Source: an uncultured Gammaproteobacteria bacterium
Lineage (GTDB): Bacteria; Patescibacteriota; Patescibacteriia; UBA9934
Assembly (NCBI GenBank): GCA_964452565.1
Contig: CAYVLY010000001.1
Location: forward strand, 142,638-206,637
DNA: 64,000 bases
Reading direction: 5' to 3'
Shown: positions 1 through 10,264 of the stretch, piece by piece
Layout: the number at the start of each line of letters is the position of its first letter
How positions within the stretch are numbered: the first letter of the stretch is position 1
The notes under the pieces: model-generated
Told to the model about the DNA's origin: nothing
Seen by the model: only the letters and a program-made list of their open reading frames with translations
Databases searched by the model: none
Made by a program: the position numbers and the translations under genes

Positions 1-1
1 T

Positions 2-496
2 ATTGAAGAAAGTGAGTCTCAATATCGTCTTTTATTCGAAAAGATCAATGAAGGATTTGCGCACGCAAAAATAATTACAGACAGACAAGGTAAGCCCATT
101 GATTGGGTATATATAAATGTAAATCCAGCCTTTGAAAAGCAAACAGGATTTAAGGATGTTATCGGAAAGCGTATGTCAGATATTTTGCCAGGCGCTGAGA
201 CGGATGTGATAGGTTGGGGACGGCAGTTTGGAAGAGTAGCTCTAACTGGAAAGGAGGAATATTTTGAACGTTATGCCAAGGCTCTGAAAAAGTGGTTTGT
301 TGTTCATGCTTTTTCACCGCGACATGGTGAGTTTGCCGCAACGCTTGAGGATATAACAGAAAGAAAAAAGAATGAATCTAATCTTAAGAAGATGAATGAG
401 TTCATGACTGGGCGTGAGGAAAAAATGATGGAGCTAAAGAAAGAGCTAAAGGTTGCTCGATCCAAACTTACTAGATTGCAAAATAAACATAGCTAA
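2..496 (+). CDS. PAS-domain sensor protein, C-terminal fragment (5' end outside window)
   Basis: Open frame from window edge; translation ...ESQYRLLFEKINEGFAHAKIITDRQGKPIDWVYINVNPAFEKQTGF... looks like a PAS fold, followed by a coiled-coil tail; TAA stop at 494-496. Confidence 0.5.
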   Translation: MEESESQYRLLFEKINEGFAHAKIITDRQGKPIDWVYINVNPAFEKQTGFKDVIGKRMSDILPGAETDVIGWGRQFGRVALTGKEEYFERYAKALKKWFVVHAFSPRHGEFAATLEDITERKKNESNLKKMNEFMTGREEKMMELKKELKVARSKLTRLQNKHS

Positions 497-527
497 ATCA
501 AAACAACCGCAATCGCGGTTGTTTTGA

Positions 528-1142
528 TTATTTGATTAGATCTTTTGATTTAAGCTGCTCAACGATCTTTCGTGTTATACGTTGCTTGCCTCGTTGGTAG
601 ATTTTTTCGATTAGATCCTGTGCCTCATCAAAGCTTGCCCATTTGTAGTCATCGAACTCAGTTTTTGATATGTCAAGCTCATCAGTGCCTGATTCTGCAG
701 CTATGACAAAGTAGACCTTACCTTTCATGAATACTTCCTTGCCTTCATCAGTTTTTAATGATCGAGATCCTTGCTTTGTAGGTGGAAATGTACTTTGATC
801 CTCAAGTATGAAGTTCAGGTTTCGATCAAACTTTGAAACAAACCCGCTTCCAAGCTCTTCTTCCATCTCACGCCAAAAGGAAGCCTCAAGGTTTTCTCCA
901 TTATCGATCCCACCTTGCGGAAACATCCAGAGATCGTATTCTTTGTGATACATGAACAAAACCCGATTTTTATTAATCGAAACACCAATAACTTGTGGGC
1001 GATAGCCACTCTTTCTAACATCGTCAATTTCTTGTTGTGTGAGGTCCAGCATATGTTGTTTATGACCATCAAATGATAAACTAATATAAGCATGTGGGCA
1101 AATCGAAACTACAAAAAGAGTAATAAGATAACAGAGGTGCAT
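528..1142 (-). CDS. NUDIX hydrolase
   Basis: Nudix box FPQGGIDNGENLEASFWREMEEELG; true start may be an internal Met. Confidence 0.7.
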   Translation of the reverse strand: MHLCYLITLFVVSICPHAYISLSFDGHKQHMLDLTQQEIDDVRKSGYRPQVIGVSINKNRVLFMYHKEYDLWMFPQGGIDNGENLEASFWREMEEELGSGFVSKFDRNLNFILEDQSTFPPTKQGSRSLKTDEGKEVFMKGKVYFVIAAESGTDELDISKTEFDDYKWASFDEAQDLIEKIYQRGKQRITRKIVEQLKSKDLIK

Positions 1143-1544
1143 TTTAATGTCTCAGACCATGCATGTAATATCTCCTCTGGGATTCTGGGCAGCTCAGGCG
1201 TTGATCGTCGTCAGAGGCTCAGTTTAGCTCTTTCAGATGAACTTTGCGATTTAGCCAAGATCGACATAGTCAATGTAAAGATTTCAGATGCGAAACAGTT
1301 TCACCGCAGGTCAAATGGAAGAATCTCAATGCGCCAATATGGCTATTATAAGCCTGATACTCGCTATATTTATATAACTAATCATACTGCTGTGCGCGGC
1401 CAGCCCTTGGCTCCAAAGACTTTTTTGAATACACTATTGCACGAATGGATGCATCATTATGATACCTGCAGCTTGGGACTGAATTCGATACATACTAAAG
1501 GCTTTTATTTAAGGCTGAAATCATTGGAACAGCAACTACGATAA
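1092..1544 (+). CDS. hypothetical protein with HExxH motif (SprT-like metallopeptidase-like?)
   Basis: ORF with TLLHEWMHHYD motif; start uncertain because it overlaps the upstream gene. Confidence 0.3.
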   Translation: MWANRNYKKSNKITEVHFNVSDHACNISSGILGSSGVDRRQRLSLALSDELCDLAKIDIVNVKISDAKQFHRRSNGRISMRQYGYYKPDTRYIYITNHTAVRGQPLAPKTFLNTLLHEWMHHYDTCSLGLNSIHTKGFYLRLKSLEQQLR

Positions 1545-1545
1545 T

Positions 1546-2700
1546 ATGGACGACAAATTACATCAGGAGGTTTTGGAGCTAACACAAGCACTTGTTAAGA
1601 TACCTTCGAGAACTGAGAAGGAATCAGAGCTTGTAATAGCTGAGTTTATAAAACACAAGCTCGAGGAGTTTGGTTTTAATCCTGAGATGGTTGGACCACA
1701 GACCCAGCCATCAATAATGTGTTATATCGAAAAAGATCCCAACGCTAAGACAATCTGGCTGGAGGCGCCGCTTGACACTTCCAGATCTTCAGATGTTGGA
1801 GCTTGGAAGTTTCCGCCGTTTGAGGCCGTCATCGATGATGGAAAGATGTATGGCTGCGGAGTATCTGCCTGTAAAATCGCGGTTGCAATGTACAGCGTCT
1901 TAGCCAGGGAGCTTGCTAATGACCCAAGCTTCAATGCAAATATCTTTTTAGCATTTAATGCAGACGAGCAGTGCGGAAGTTTAACTGGAGCGCGTGAGAT
2001 TATCCACAGAGCACCAAAGGCCGATCTTTGCTTACTTGGTTATCAGGGAAATGATGAGATCTCCATTGGTGCACGTGGTTGGCTTAGACTGCATGTTCAA
2101 ACAATTGGTAGGTCTATACACACGGGAGAGCGATCAGCTAAAGGAGTAAATGCCATACATTCAATGTCGCGTATCATAAATGCAATAAGCTCTTTAAGAT
2201 TGAAGTTTAAAAAAGATACTTTTTTCTGGTTTGGACCATCGATCCACGTAACAACTGTTAAAGGAGGAGTTGCTATGAATATTGTGCCAGATTACTGCCG
2301 CATTAATATTGATATAAGGTTAGTTCCTGGTCAGGATGACAAGACCATTGTTAAGCAGGTGGAGCATGAATTAGAAAAAATGAAAAAGCGTGACAAGGAC
2401 TTTGAATATGTCTTAGATGTATTCCAATACCAATCAGCATATCTAACTGATCCTACACATCCTTTTATCAACATAATGCAAACAAATATCAAATCAGAAT
2501 ATGGCAAACGACTTCCACTTGTTGCAAGTGGACATGGAAGTGCAGGAAACTTGATAAATGAACTGGGCGTGCCGATAATTAATGCATTTGGTGTGGAGGG
2601 CGGAAATGAGCATGCACCAAATGAATGGATTAGTACACAGAGTGTTAGACAAACATTTGATATACTGAGTAAGTCATTAATCGAGTTTACAAAGTCATAA
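1546..2700 (+). CDS. M20 family metallopeptidase (ArgE/DapE-like deacylase)
   Basis: 384 aa; N-term LVKIPSRTEKESE..., overall M20/ArgE-DapE-like architecture. Confidence 0.65.
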   Translation: MDDKLHQEVLELTQALVKIPSRTEKESELVIAEFIKHKLEEFGFNPEMVGPQTQPSIMCYIEKDPNAKTIWLEAPLDTSRSSDVGAWKFPPFEAVIDDGKMYGCGVSACKIAVAMYSVLARELANDPSFNANIFLAFNADEQCGSLTGAREIIHRAPKADLCLLGYQGNDEISIGARGWLRLHVQTIGRSIHTGERSAKGVNAIHSMSRIINAISSLRLKFKKDTFFWFGPSIHVTTVKGGVAMNIVPDYCRINIDIRLVPGQDDKTIVKQVEHELEKMKKRDKDFEYVLDVFQYQSAYLTDPTHPFINIMQTNIKSEYGKRLPLVASGHGSAGNLINELGVPIINAFGVEGGNEHAPNEWISTQSVRQTFDILSKSLIEFTKS

Positions 2701-2706
2701 ATTTTT

Positions 2707-3687
2707 ATGGAGGTTTTTACAAATATAATATTTCTGCTAGCTGGTTTTTTCATGCTGGTGAAAGGTGCTGACTATCTTATTGATGGATCAAGCTCAATTG
2801 CAAAGCGATTTGGGATTCCAACACTGGTTATTGGACTTACAGTTGTTGCCTTTGGTACATCAGCTCCCGAGATAGTGGTTAATGTTGTTGCGGCCATTTC
2901 AGATAATCCCGAGATTGCACTTGGAAACATTAATGGAACAGTTATAGCGAATACATTACTGATCCTTGGTGTTGGAGCAATGCTTGCTCGAATTCCAGTG
3001 AGAAGCAGGACGGTAATGAAAGAAATTCCTTTCATGCTTTTGGCAGCTGTTGTACTTCTAATCTTTTCATTAGACCAAGTCCTAAACGGAGATGCACAAG
3101 CTACATTGTCAAGGATTGATGGAATCATAATGATTCTTGTTTTTTGTGTCTTCTTATATTATTTATTCCTATCAGTCCAAGGACTTCCAAAAAAGCGTGA
3201 ACGCGCAAAGATGAGCGTTAAGAAGGCCACTGGCCTAACAATTGTTGGATTATTTGGTTTAGTCCTTGGTGCGAATCTTACGGTTGATGGCGCATCGGGT
3301 TTGGCGCTTGCGGTTGGAATCTCTGAATCTCTTGTAGCACTCACAGTTGTTGCTGTGGGGACATCGCTGCCTGAACTTGCCGCGGCAATCACAGCTGCTC
3401 GTAAGCGTGAAACTGACCTGGCGATCGGTGCAGTGGTTGGATCGAATATATTTGATATTCTTCTTGGACTTGGACTATCAGCAACAATGGCGCCAATGAT
3501 AATATCAAGCTCGGTTATCACTGATATTGCAATTGTATTTGCTTCATTGGTCATTCTTATGATTGCGCTATTCATACCGGAGCGAATGAAACCAGAAGAT
3601 GGTGGACGTGGGTTAGATAAACGTTCGGGTTTGATTCTATTAGGACTTTACGCACTTTATATTGTATATATCGTGATTCGAGGGTAA
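2707..3687 (+). CDS. Ca2+/cation antiporter (CaCA family, YrbG-like)
   Basis: Two alpha-repeat motifs GTSAPEIVV and GTSLPELAA in a polytopic membrane protein. Confidence 0.75.
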   Translation: MEVFTNIIFLLAGFFMLVKGADYLIDGSSSIAKRFGIPTLVIGLTVVAFGTSAPEIVVNVVAAISDNPEIALGNINGTVIANTLLILGVGAMLARIPVRSRTVMKEIPFMLLAAVVLLIFSLDQVLNGDAQATLSRIDGIIMILVFCVFLYYLFLSVQGLPKKRERAKMSVKKATGLTIVGLFGLVLGANLTVDGASGLALAVGISESLVALTVVAVGTSLPELAAAITAARKRETDLAIGAVVGSNIFDILLGLGLSATMAPMIISSSVITDIAIVFASLVILMIALFIPERMKPEDGGRGLDKRSGLILLGLYALYIVYIVIRG

Positions 3688-3696
3688 AGTATTACC

Positions 3697-5520
3697 ATGT
3701 TGGACCCAAAGGACGAGATAAAGCAAAGACTCGACATTGTAGAGATGATTTCAGAGTATCTACCGCTCAAACCTGCTGGTTCGGGTGGATTTAAAGCATG
3801 CTGTCCATTTCATAGCGAAAAGACCCCCTCTTTTCATGTGTCCCGCGAAAAGCAGATTTGGCACTGCTTTGGATGCAATAAGGGAGGGGATCTTTTTGCA
3901 TTTTTAATGGATCTTGAGGGCTTGAGTTTTCCTGCAGCTCTAGAGCTCATGGCTGGCAAGGCAGGAGTCAAACTTCCAGAAAGATCAACAAGTCAAGCAT
4001 CAAGGCAGGCTAAAAAAGAAAGAGACGTTTTACTAGACCTTCACATCATTGCGCAAAAGCTATATACGACCGTGCTTAAGGAGCATGATCGGGCATCAGA
4101 AGCTAGAAAATACTTAGTCGACCGCGGGATCACGGAAAATCTTATTGATAAGTTTGGTCTTGGCTTTGCACCAGATGAATGGAGCATGCTTTCTTCTTTT
4201 TTTAGAAAACGCGGATTCAATGATCAGGTTATTATTAAAAGCGGTTTGGCAAAAAAGAAGTTGTCAGGTGACGGAATTATTGATCGATTCAGAAATCGAA
4301 TCCTAGTGCCACTTCACGATAGTCGTGGACGGGTAATTGGTTTTACTGGTAGATCATTAGTCGAGACTGACAAAAGCGGGCCTAAGTACTTAAATTCTCC
4401 TGAAACCGAGATTTATAACAAACGTGCAGTGCTTTATGGACTTCACCTTGCAAAGACTGCAATTCGAAGGGAAAAATCTGTGATCATAGTAGAGGGAAAC
4501 CTCGATGTAGTCGCTTCACATAAGGCAGGAGTTGAAAACATTGTAGCAAGCTCGGGGACAGCTTTGACCGAGATACAGCTTAAGACTTTAAAGAGACTCA
4601 CAGACAATCTGATCTTCTGTTTTGACTCAGATGATGCAGGGTTTGAAGCAGCGCGCCGCGGGATTCATTTAGCTCAGCAAATGGATTTTGATGTGCATGT
4701 CATATCAATTCCTAATGAGATGGGTAAGGACCCAGACGATGTTGTTCAGAAAAATCCTCAGGATTGGGTCAATATCGTGAAAGAGCCAATACACATCATG
4801 AAGTACTACTTTGATAGAATTTTTGAGAAAATTGATATATCAAATATTACTGAAAAGAAAAAAGTAGTTGCATTCATGCTCTCGGAGATATCAGCATATA
4901 CAGATGCTGTAGAGCGCGAGCACTGGCTAATGCAGCTAGCTGATAGAGCCAGGGTTGATATTCAGGTTCTTCGAAATGAGCTAAGGAACCACAGTCACGT
5001 AAAGAAACCACAAGAAAAACCTAAAATTGATCAGATTCCAGTGCAAAAACAGAGTAAGAATGACTCAGCCGTAAGCTTTCTCGTGGGGCTTATCTTGAGT
5101 GATGTTGATCAGACTTCAGAGATCTTGAGTAACCTTAGCGAGGATGTGGTCCAAAACGAACAACTCAAGAGAGTTTACAAAGATGCAAAGTCTGCGTATA
5201 ATCAGTCCAATGCGTCTATTAACGCGCAAAAAACACTTTTCTCAATCCTCCAGCAGCTCTATGAATCTGAGGATCGGCAAGATGATGCCGCATGCATTAA
5301 TGCATTAGTCCTCAAAACAGAGCAAACATTGGACGGATTCCAAGAGAAACATGTGCGCGAAGAAATAGATAGACATGTCAATATTTTAACCCAGGCTCCA
5401 CGTAAAAAGCACCTTTTGGAGCTGGAACGCAATATACGCCAGGCAGAAATGGCTGGTGACAAAGAACGCGCTCGTCAACTTACTGATGAGTATATGAATG
5501 TGCTCAGAAATAATTCCTGA
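3697..5520 (+). CDS. dnaG: DNA primase
   Basis: CHC2 zinc finger [14 protein letters not shown]...WHCFGC; TOPRIM region EGNLDV...DSDDAG; TGA stop. Confidence 0.9.
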   Translation: MLDPKDEIKQRLDIVEMISEYLPLKPAGSGGFKACCPFHSEKTPSFHVSREKQIWHCFGCNKGGDLFAFLMDLEGLSFPAALELMAGKAGVKLPERSTSQASRQAKKERDVLLDLHIIAQKLYTTVLKEHDRASEARKYLVDRGITENLIDKFGLGFAPDEWSMLSSFFRKRGFNDQVIIKSGLAKKKLSGDGIIDRFRNRILVPLHDSRGRVIGFTGRSLVETDKSGPKYLNSPETEIYNKRAVLYGLHLAKTAIRREKSVIIVEGNLDVVASHKAGVENIVASSGTALTEIQLKTLKRLTDNLIFCFDSDDAGFEAARRGIHLAQQMDFDVHVISIPNEMGKDPDDVVQKNPQDWVNIVKEPIHIMKYYFDRIFEKIDISNITEKKKVVAFMLSEISAYTDAVEREHWLMQLADRARVDIQVLRNELRNHSHVKKPQEKPKIDQIPVQKQSKNDSAVSFLVGLILSDVDQTSEILSNLSEDVVQNEQLKRVYKDAKSAYNQSNASINAQKTLFSILQQLYESEDRQDDAACINALVLKTEQTLDGFQEKHVREEIDRHVNILTQAPRKKHLLELERNIRQAEMAGDKERARQLTDEYMNVLRNNS

Positions 5521-5531
5521 TTTTGTTTTGT

Positions 5532-6821
5532 ATGCCCGCAAAAAAAGCAGCGAAGAAGACAACTAAAAAAACAGTAAAGAAACCGGCAGCTAAGAAAAAA
5601 CCTGTAAAAAAGCCTGTCCGCCGAAGCTCAAAGAGCGAAGGAGGAAAGGTTGTAAAAAAAGCGACTAAAAATCCTGCAACCAAAAAGCCAAGGGTTGCTA
5701 GAAAAAAAGTTGTTAAAGAACGTTATAAGAAATCAGCAGCTCCTACTGATGAAGTTTTGGAGAGAATTATTGAACGTGGATTTGCAAAGGGCTTTGTTAC
5801 TGATACCGAGGTCATATTTGCATTTGGTGAGATTGAAGACCATGTAATACTTTTCGAGAAGTTCTTAGATCGGTTAGAGGTAGAGGGGGTCCACTTTATC
5901 GAAATTAAAGAAGGGTTCTTGGGGCATGAAAAATCTGCCGAAGAGATTTATGAAAAGTTACGTGTTAAAGCTGAAGTGCGTGGCGAGGCTTCTGAATCAA
6001 CTCAGGATTCTATCCAAATGTACTTGCGTGAGATTGGAAAGATCCCGCTACTAAACGCTGAAGAGGAAATTGCACTAGCAAAGCGTAAAGAAGTAGATGA
6101 CAAGGAAGCCGAGCGTAGACTTATCGAGGCCAACCTTCGACTTGTAGTCTCGATTGCTAAAAAGTTCGTTGGAAAGCAACTCTCACTTTTAGACCTTATC
6201 CAAGAGGGAAATGTCGGGCTTTTCAGGGCTGTAAAGAAATTTGAATATAGAAAAGGCTACAAGTTCTCAACATATGCTACTTGGTGGATTCGACAGGCAA
6301 TCACTCGAGCTTTAGCCGATCAATCGCGAACGATTCGAATTCCTGTTCACATGGTTGAGACAATCAATAAGTTCAAGCAGATTCAACGTCGTCTGATCCA
6401 GGATCTGGGCCGAGAACCTCTCCCTGAGGAACTAGCATCAGAAATGGATTTGCCAATTGTGAAAGTTCGTCATATTAAAAAGATTTCACAGGAAACTGTA
6501 TCACTTGAAACTTCTGTTGGGGATGATGAAGAAGATTCAAAGCTTCAAGATTTCATAGAAGACACAAAGAGTATTTCACCTGACAAAGCAGCTGCACGTG
6601 AACTGTTGAGCGAGTACGTTAAAGTAAGCATGAAGGATCTTACTCCTCGAGAGCAAAAGATTCTTGAAATGCGTTTTGGCCTCACTGACGGCGTGAGTCA
6701 TACACTTGAAGAGGTTGGACGAGAGTTTGATGTTACTCGCGAACGTATTCGTCAAATCGAGGCAAAGGCACTCGAAAAGATTCAGCAAAAAGAAATCATC
6801 CACAAACTTAGAGATTACTAG
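5532..6821 (+). CDS. rpoD: RNA polymerase sigma-70 factor
   Basis: Lys-rich N-terminus; region 2 [14 protein letters not shown]; region 4 HTH; sits immediately downstream of dnaG in the classic operon arrangement. Confidence 0.9.
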   Translation: MPAKKAAKKTTKKTVKKPAAKKKPVKKPVRRSSKSEGGKVVKKATKNPATKKPRVARKKVVKERYKKSAAPTDEVLERIIERGFAKGFVTDTEVIFAFGEIEDHVILFEKFLDRLEVEGVHFIEIKEGFLGHEKSAEEIYEKLRVKAEVRGEASESTQDSIQMYLREIGKIPLLNAEEEIALAKRKEVDDKEAERRLIEANLRLVVSIAKKFVGKQLSLLDLIQEGNVGLFRAVKKFEYRKGYKFSTYATWWIRQAITRALADQSRTIRIPVHMVETINKFKQIQRRLIQDLGREPLPEELASEMDLPIVKVRHIKKISQETVSLETSVGDDEEDSKLQDFIEDTKSISPDKAAARELLSEYVKVSMKDLTPREQKILEMRFGLTDGVSHTLEEVGREFDVTRERIRQIEAKALEKIQQKEIIHKLRDY

Positions 6822-6832
6822 ATCGATTAATT

Positions 6833-8074
6833 ATGATTAAAAAACTACTAGCAAGTTTGATTTTATCGCTTGCAATAATAACCCCAGTATCTGCCCAAGA
6901 AGCTCAGGAGACTCAGGTCGAGATAGATGATGGTACTGCAGCACATGTTTACTTCTTCCACAGCGAAAGCTGTCCGCACTGTAAGGATGAAATGGAATTT
7001 TTGATTGCACTTTCAAAAGATGAGGCATACATGGATGTTGATTTCTACGAATTCGAAATTACGCAGAATGAAGCAAACCTGAATCTTTTAAAGCAAGTTG
7101 GTGAAGTAATTGACCAGGATACGTCTGGAGTGCCTTTCACAGTAATTGGGTCACACGTCATAGTTGGATACATGAATGATGAGACAACTGGTGTTGAGAT
7201 TCAAAATGCGATTGATGATATCTTAGAGAATGGAGATCCAAATATTGTTGGATTGATTATTGCGGGCGAGGAAGTTAATCTTTCAGCAGTTGATGATGAA
7301 GGCATCGAGGTTGATCAAAACATACCAGAGTCTATTACAGTACCAATTTTCGGTGAAATTAAAACCGCGAATGTATCTCTTCCAGTTCTTTCAATATTAT
7401 TGGGATTCATCGATGGATTTAATCCATGCGCAATGTGGGTATTGGTATTTTTGATCTCCTTGATGATTGGAATGGAAAACAAGAGGCGCATGTGGATTCT
7501 TGGAATCACCTTTATTGCGGCATCTGCTGCTGTGTACTATGTCTTTATGGCAGCATGGTTGAATGTATTGATGTTTATCGGATTGCTGTTTGCAGTTCGG
7601 TTGGTTATTGGACTTGTGGCAATTGGAGGTGGTGCCTATAGCATTCATGACTATTACACTAACAAGGATGCGGAATGTAAGGTTGGTGATCTTGATAAAA
7701 AGCAGAAGACAATGCAAAAGATGCGTGAGGTTGTCCGAAAGCCTTCATTCCTAGCAGCATTAATTGGAATCATTGTACTTGCTGCGGCAGTTAATATGGT
7801 TGAGTTGATCTGTTCTGCAGGAATCCCAGCAGTCTTCACGCAGATACTGAACATGTCAGATATATCAACGATTGGTCGGTATCTCTACATGTTGCTCTAC
7901 ATCTTGCTATACATGATTGATGACATCGTAGTATTTGTTATTGCCATGCTGACTTTGCAAATTAGTGGAGTAACAGCAAAGTATACTCGAGCTACACGTC
8001 TTATCGGAGGAGTGCTGATGTTGATTATCGGAGCGTTGATGATCCTGAAGCCAGAGTGGTTGATGTTTGGATAA
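6833..8074 (+). CDS. thioredoxin-like domain (CPHC) fused to CcdA/DsbD-like polytopic membrane domain
   Basis: Signal peptide; SESCPHCKDE CxxC motif; TM segments with conserved Cys (GFNPCAMWV, ELICSAGIP). Confidence 0.45.
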   Translation: MIKKLLASLILSLAIITPVSAQEAQETQVEIDDGTAAHVYFFHSESCPHCKDEMEFLIALSKDEAYMDVDFYEFEITQNEANLNLLKQVGEVIDQDTSGVPFTVIGSHVIVGYMNDETTGVEIQNAIDDILENGDPNIVGLIIAGEEVNLSAVDDEGIEVDQNIPESITVPIFGEIKTANVSLPVLSILLGFIDGFNPCAMWVLVFLISLMIGMENKRRMWILGITFIAASAAVYYVFMAAWLNVLMFIGLLFAVRLVIGLVAIGGGAYSIHDYYTNKDAECKVGDLDKKQKTMQKMREVVRKPSFLAALIGIIVLAAAVNMVELICSAGIPAVFTQILNMSDISTIGRYLYMLLYILLYMIDDIVVFVIAMLTLQISGVTAKYTRATRLIGGVLMLIIGALMILKPEWLMFG

Positions 8075-8122
8075 AACAAAATAGAACCTTGAATGGGTCC
8101 TACTTGTTAAATCAAGTGGGGC

Positions 8123-8920
8123 CTATTTGTTTTTAATAAATTGATATACAAACCAACCAATCGAATAAATTATAAACGGCAGGCTTAGCCATTGCCCCAT
8201 TGTTAGTCCAGCCTCAAGTGTATGATATTCTTTCACGAATTCGACCAGGAATCGTGTTGAGAAGTAAAGAAGGATGAAGGTGTGAGTCAAGAAAAGGCTC
8301 TCCTCATTCCCAAGGGGGAGCCGGAGGGGGTTGCCATTCTTTGATCTCCGATGCAGCCATATTAAGATTCCGAAGATGACAAAGGCAATAAGTGCTTCGT
8401 AGAGTTGCGACGGATGCCGTCCAATTGGGTCAAGTTCAAAAAGAGGGAACTGTACGGCCCAAGGGAGATCAGTTGCACGCCCTACAATCTCAGAGTTAAA
8501 GAAATTTCCGATTCTAATGAACCCGGCTACTAACGGTATTGGAATAACTAAGATTTCAATCAACCTGCGCCAATCAGTTTTTTTGACCCAGACGAATATC
8601 GAAAAAGTGATTATCAAGCCTAAGGCCATACCATGACTTGAAAGTCCACCATGTTGGATCATGAGTATCTCGATCGGATTAGATAAGAAGTATTCAAGAT
8701 TATAAAAAACAATATGGCCAATGCGTGCACCAAGCAACCCACCAAGCGTTAGCCAAATTCCGATATTTAATGCTTCTTCAGGTTTTAGGCCTCGGTCTTT
8801 AAACAGTCTCATTGCCAGCCACAAAGCAAGCCCAACTCCAACACCCAAAAATAATCCATACCAGCGTATTTCAAATCCGCCGGTTGATATTAGGATTGGA
8901 TCTATTGTATTGATCAACAT
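8123..8920 (-). CDS. lgt: prolipoprotein diacylglyceryl transferase
   Basis: N-term FEIRWYGLFLGVGVGLALWLA; GGLLGARIGHIVFYN; HPSQLYEA signature. Confidence 0.85.
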   Translation of the reverse strand: MLINTIDPILISTGGFEIRWYGLFLGVGVGLALWLAMRLFKDRGLKPEEALNIGIWLTLGGLLGARIGHIVFYNLEYFLSNPIEILMIQHGGLSSHGMALGLIITFSIFVWVKKTDWRRLIEILVIPIPLVAGFIRIGNFFNSEIVGRATDLPWAVQFPLFELDPIGRHPSQLYEALIAFVIFGILIWLHRRSKNGNPLRLPLGNEESLFLTHTFILLYFSTRFLVEFVKEYHTLEAGLTMGQWLSLPFIIYSIGWFVYQFIKNK

Positions 8921-8963
8921 AATACAGGCTCATTTAGACCAACTCATGATATCATAAACACAT

Positions 8964-10229
8964 ATGCAAAAAAGATGGCTTAGAATTATTGCCTTTATTT
9001 TGGCCATAAATTTTTTGGTTTTGCCGGCTACAGACCTTCGTGCATCAGATTGTTGGTATACTCACATGACCAGGCAAATGTCAGATTGTTCTTATGCACA
9101 CAATGATTGCTCATGGGCTTGCGTATCAATACAAGATAGTGAAGATGCCATTTCATGTTTTGATAGTTGTAGCGCTATTGCTGATTCATGTCGATCACAA
9201 GCTTCGGCTGATTATGGCGCATGCATCGATGCTGAGTCTGCAAAAGACTATACAGATACAGCGGCTGGAACTCTAATCGAAGATGAGGAGCCCGTCGATG
9301 ACGTGTCTGCAGATGAAGAACCTATTGATATTGAAGATGATCAAAGCCAGGATCAGGAGACAAAAGATGATCTAGAGCCGGAGGAGGAACAAGAGGATAA
9401 GCCTGTTGAGGATCCGATCGAACCAGAGGCTGAGGATACTGAGGTAGATCAGCAAAAAGACGATATTGACTCTGATGAAGAGCCTGAAACAGACTTCGAT
9501 GCGAGTGATGCAAAAGAAGAGCCTGCTGGGACACCTGAAGAGTCAGAATCAAAACCTGCATTACAAGATGAAAGAGAGGTTGTCGAGTGGATGAAGGGTG
9601 CTCTGGAAATATACACCAACGCAAAGGATCTAGAGACATTTTTTGAAAAAGGAAAGTTTGATGCATATAGCAGGGCCTCACTTGCAATGGATCTTGGAAA
9701 CGGGTTCATTACTTTGATGGACGAGTTGAATAAGGGCACATCTTTTGAGGACGCATTAGCAAAGGCAACAATCGACACTGCGGCATCAGCTGCGTTTATG
9801 TTACTGCCACCCCTCAAAGCTGCTGAAATACTTGCGACAATGCCAGATGCCATACTTAAAACACTTGGATTTGATGATAATAGTTCGGTCCGTGCAGCTA
9901 CAAAATATGTTGCAGAACACTCGCCAAGTGCTTTTGTTAAAGCAACTACAAGCGCAATGATAAAGACGGGAAGCTGGGATAATGTCGCGGGCGCACTTAG
10001 TATTGCGGCTAATGATGTTAGGGATGCGCAAGGATTTGGCGCAACAGTCAGAGAAACAGGAAATCTCATTGGAACAGCAGTAGGTGCTGTTCCTGTTGCT
10101 GGCGCAATGGTGGTAAGAGATGGAGTTGATTATGTTGTAACTGGCGTAAAGGTGATATTTGGCGGTATTGCAGGTTGGTTTACTGGTGAGGATGATGTGG
10201 CTGATAATCCGTATGGATTGCAGCCCTGA
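8964..10229 (+). CDS. secreted acidic Cys-rich hypothetical protein
   Basis: Signal peptide, Cys-rich N-terminus, long D/E-rich stretch, C-terminal Gly/Ala-rich region. Confidence 0.4.
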   Translation: MQKRWLRIIAFILAINFLVLPATDLRASDCWYTHMTRQMSDCSYAHNDCSWACVSIQDSEDAISCFDSCSAIADSCRSQASADYGACIDAESAKDYTDTAAGTLIEDEEPVDDVSADEEPIDIEDDQSQDQETKDDLEPEEEQEDKPVEDPIEPEAEDTEVDQQKDDIDSDEEPETDFDASDAKEEPAGTPEESESKPALQDEREVVEWMKGALEIYTNAKDLETFFEKGKFDAYSRASLAMDLGNGFITLMDELNKGTSFEDALAKATIDTAASAAFMLLPPLKAAEILATMPDAILKTLGFDDNSSVRAATKYVAEHSPSAFVKATTSAMIKTGSWDNVAGALSIAANDVRDAQGFGATVRETGNLIGTAVGAVPVAGAMVVRDGVDYVVTGVKVIFGGIAGWFTGEDDVADNPYGLQP

Positions 10230-10264
10230 CTTTATATAATAGAATCAAATTAATTAATTTAGAT

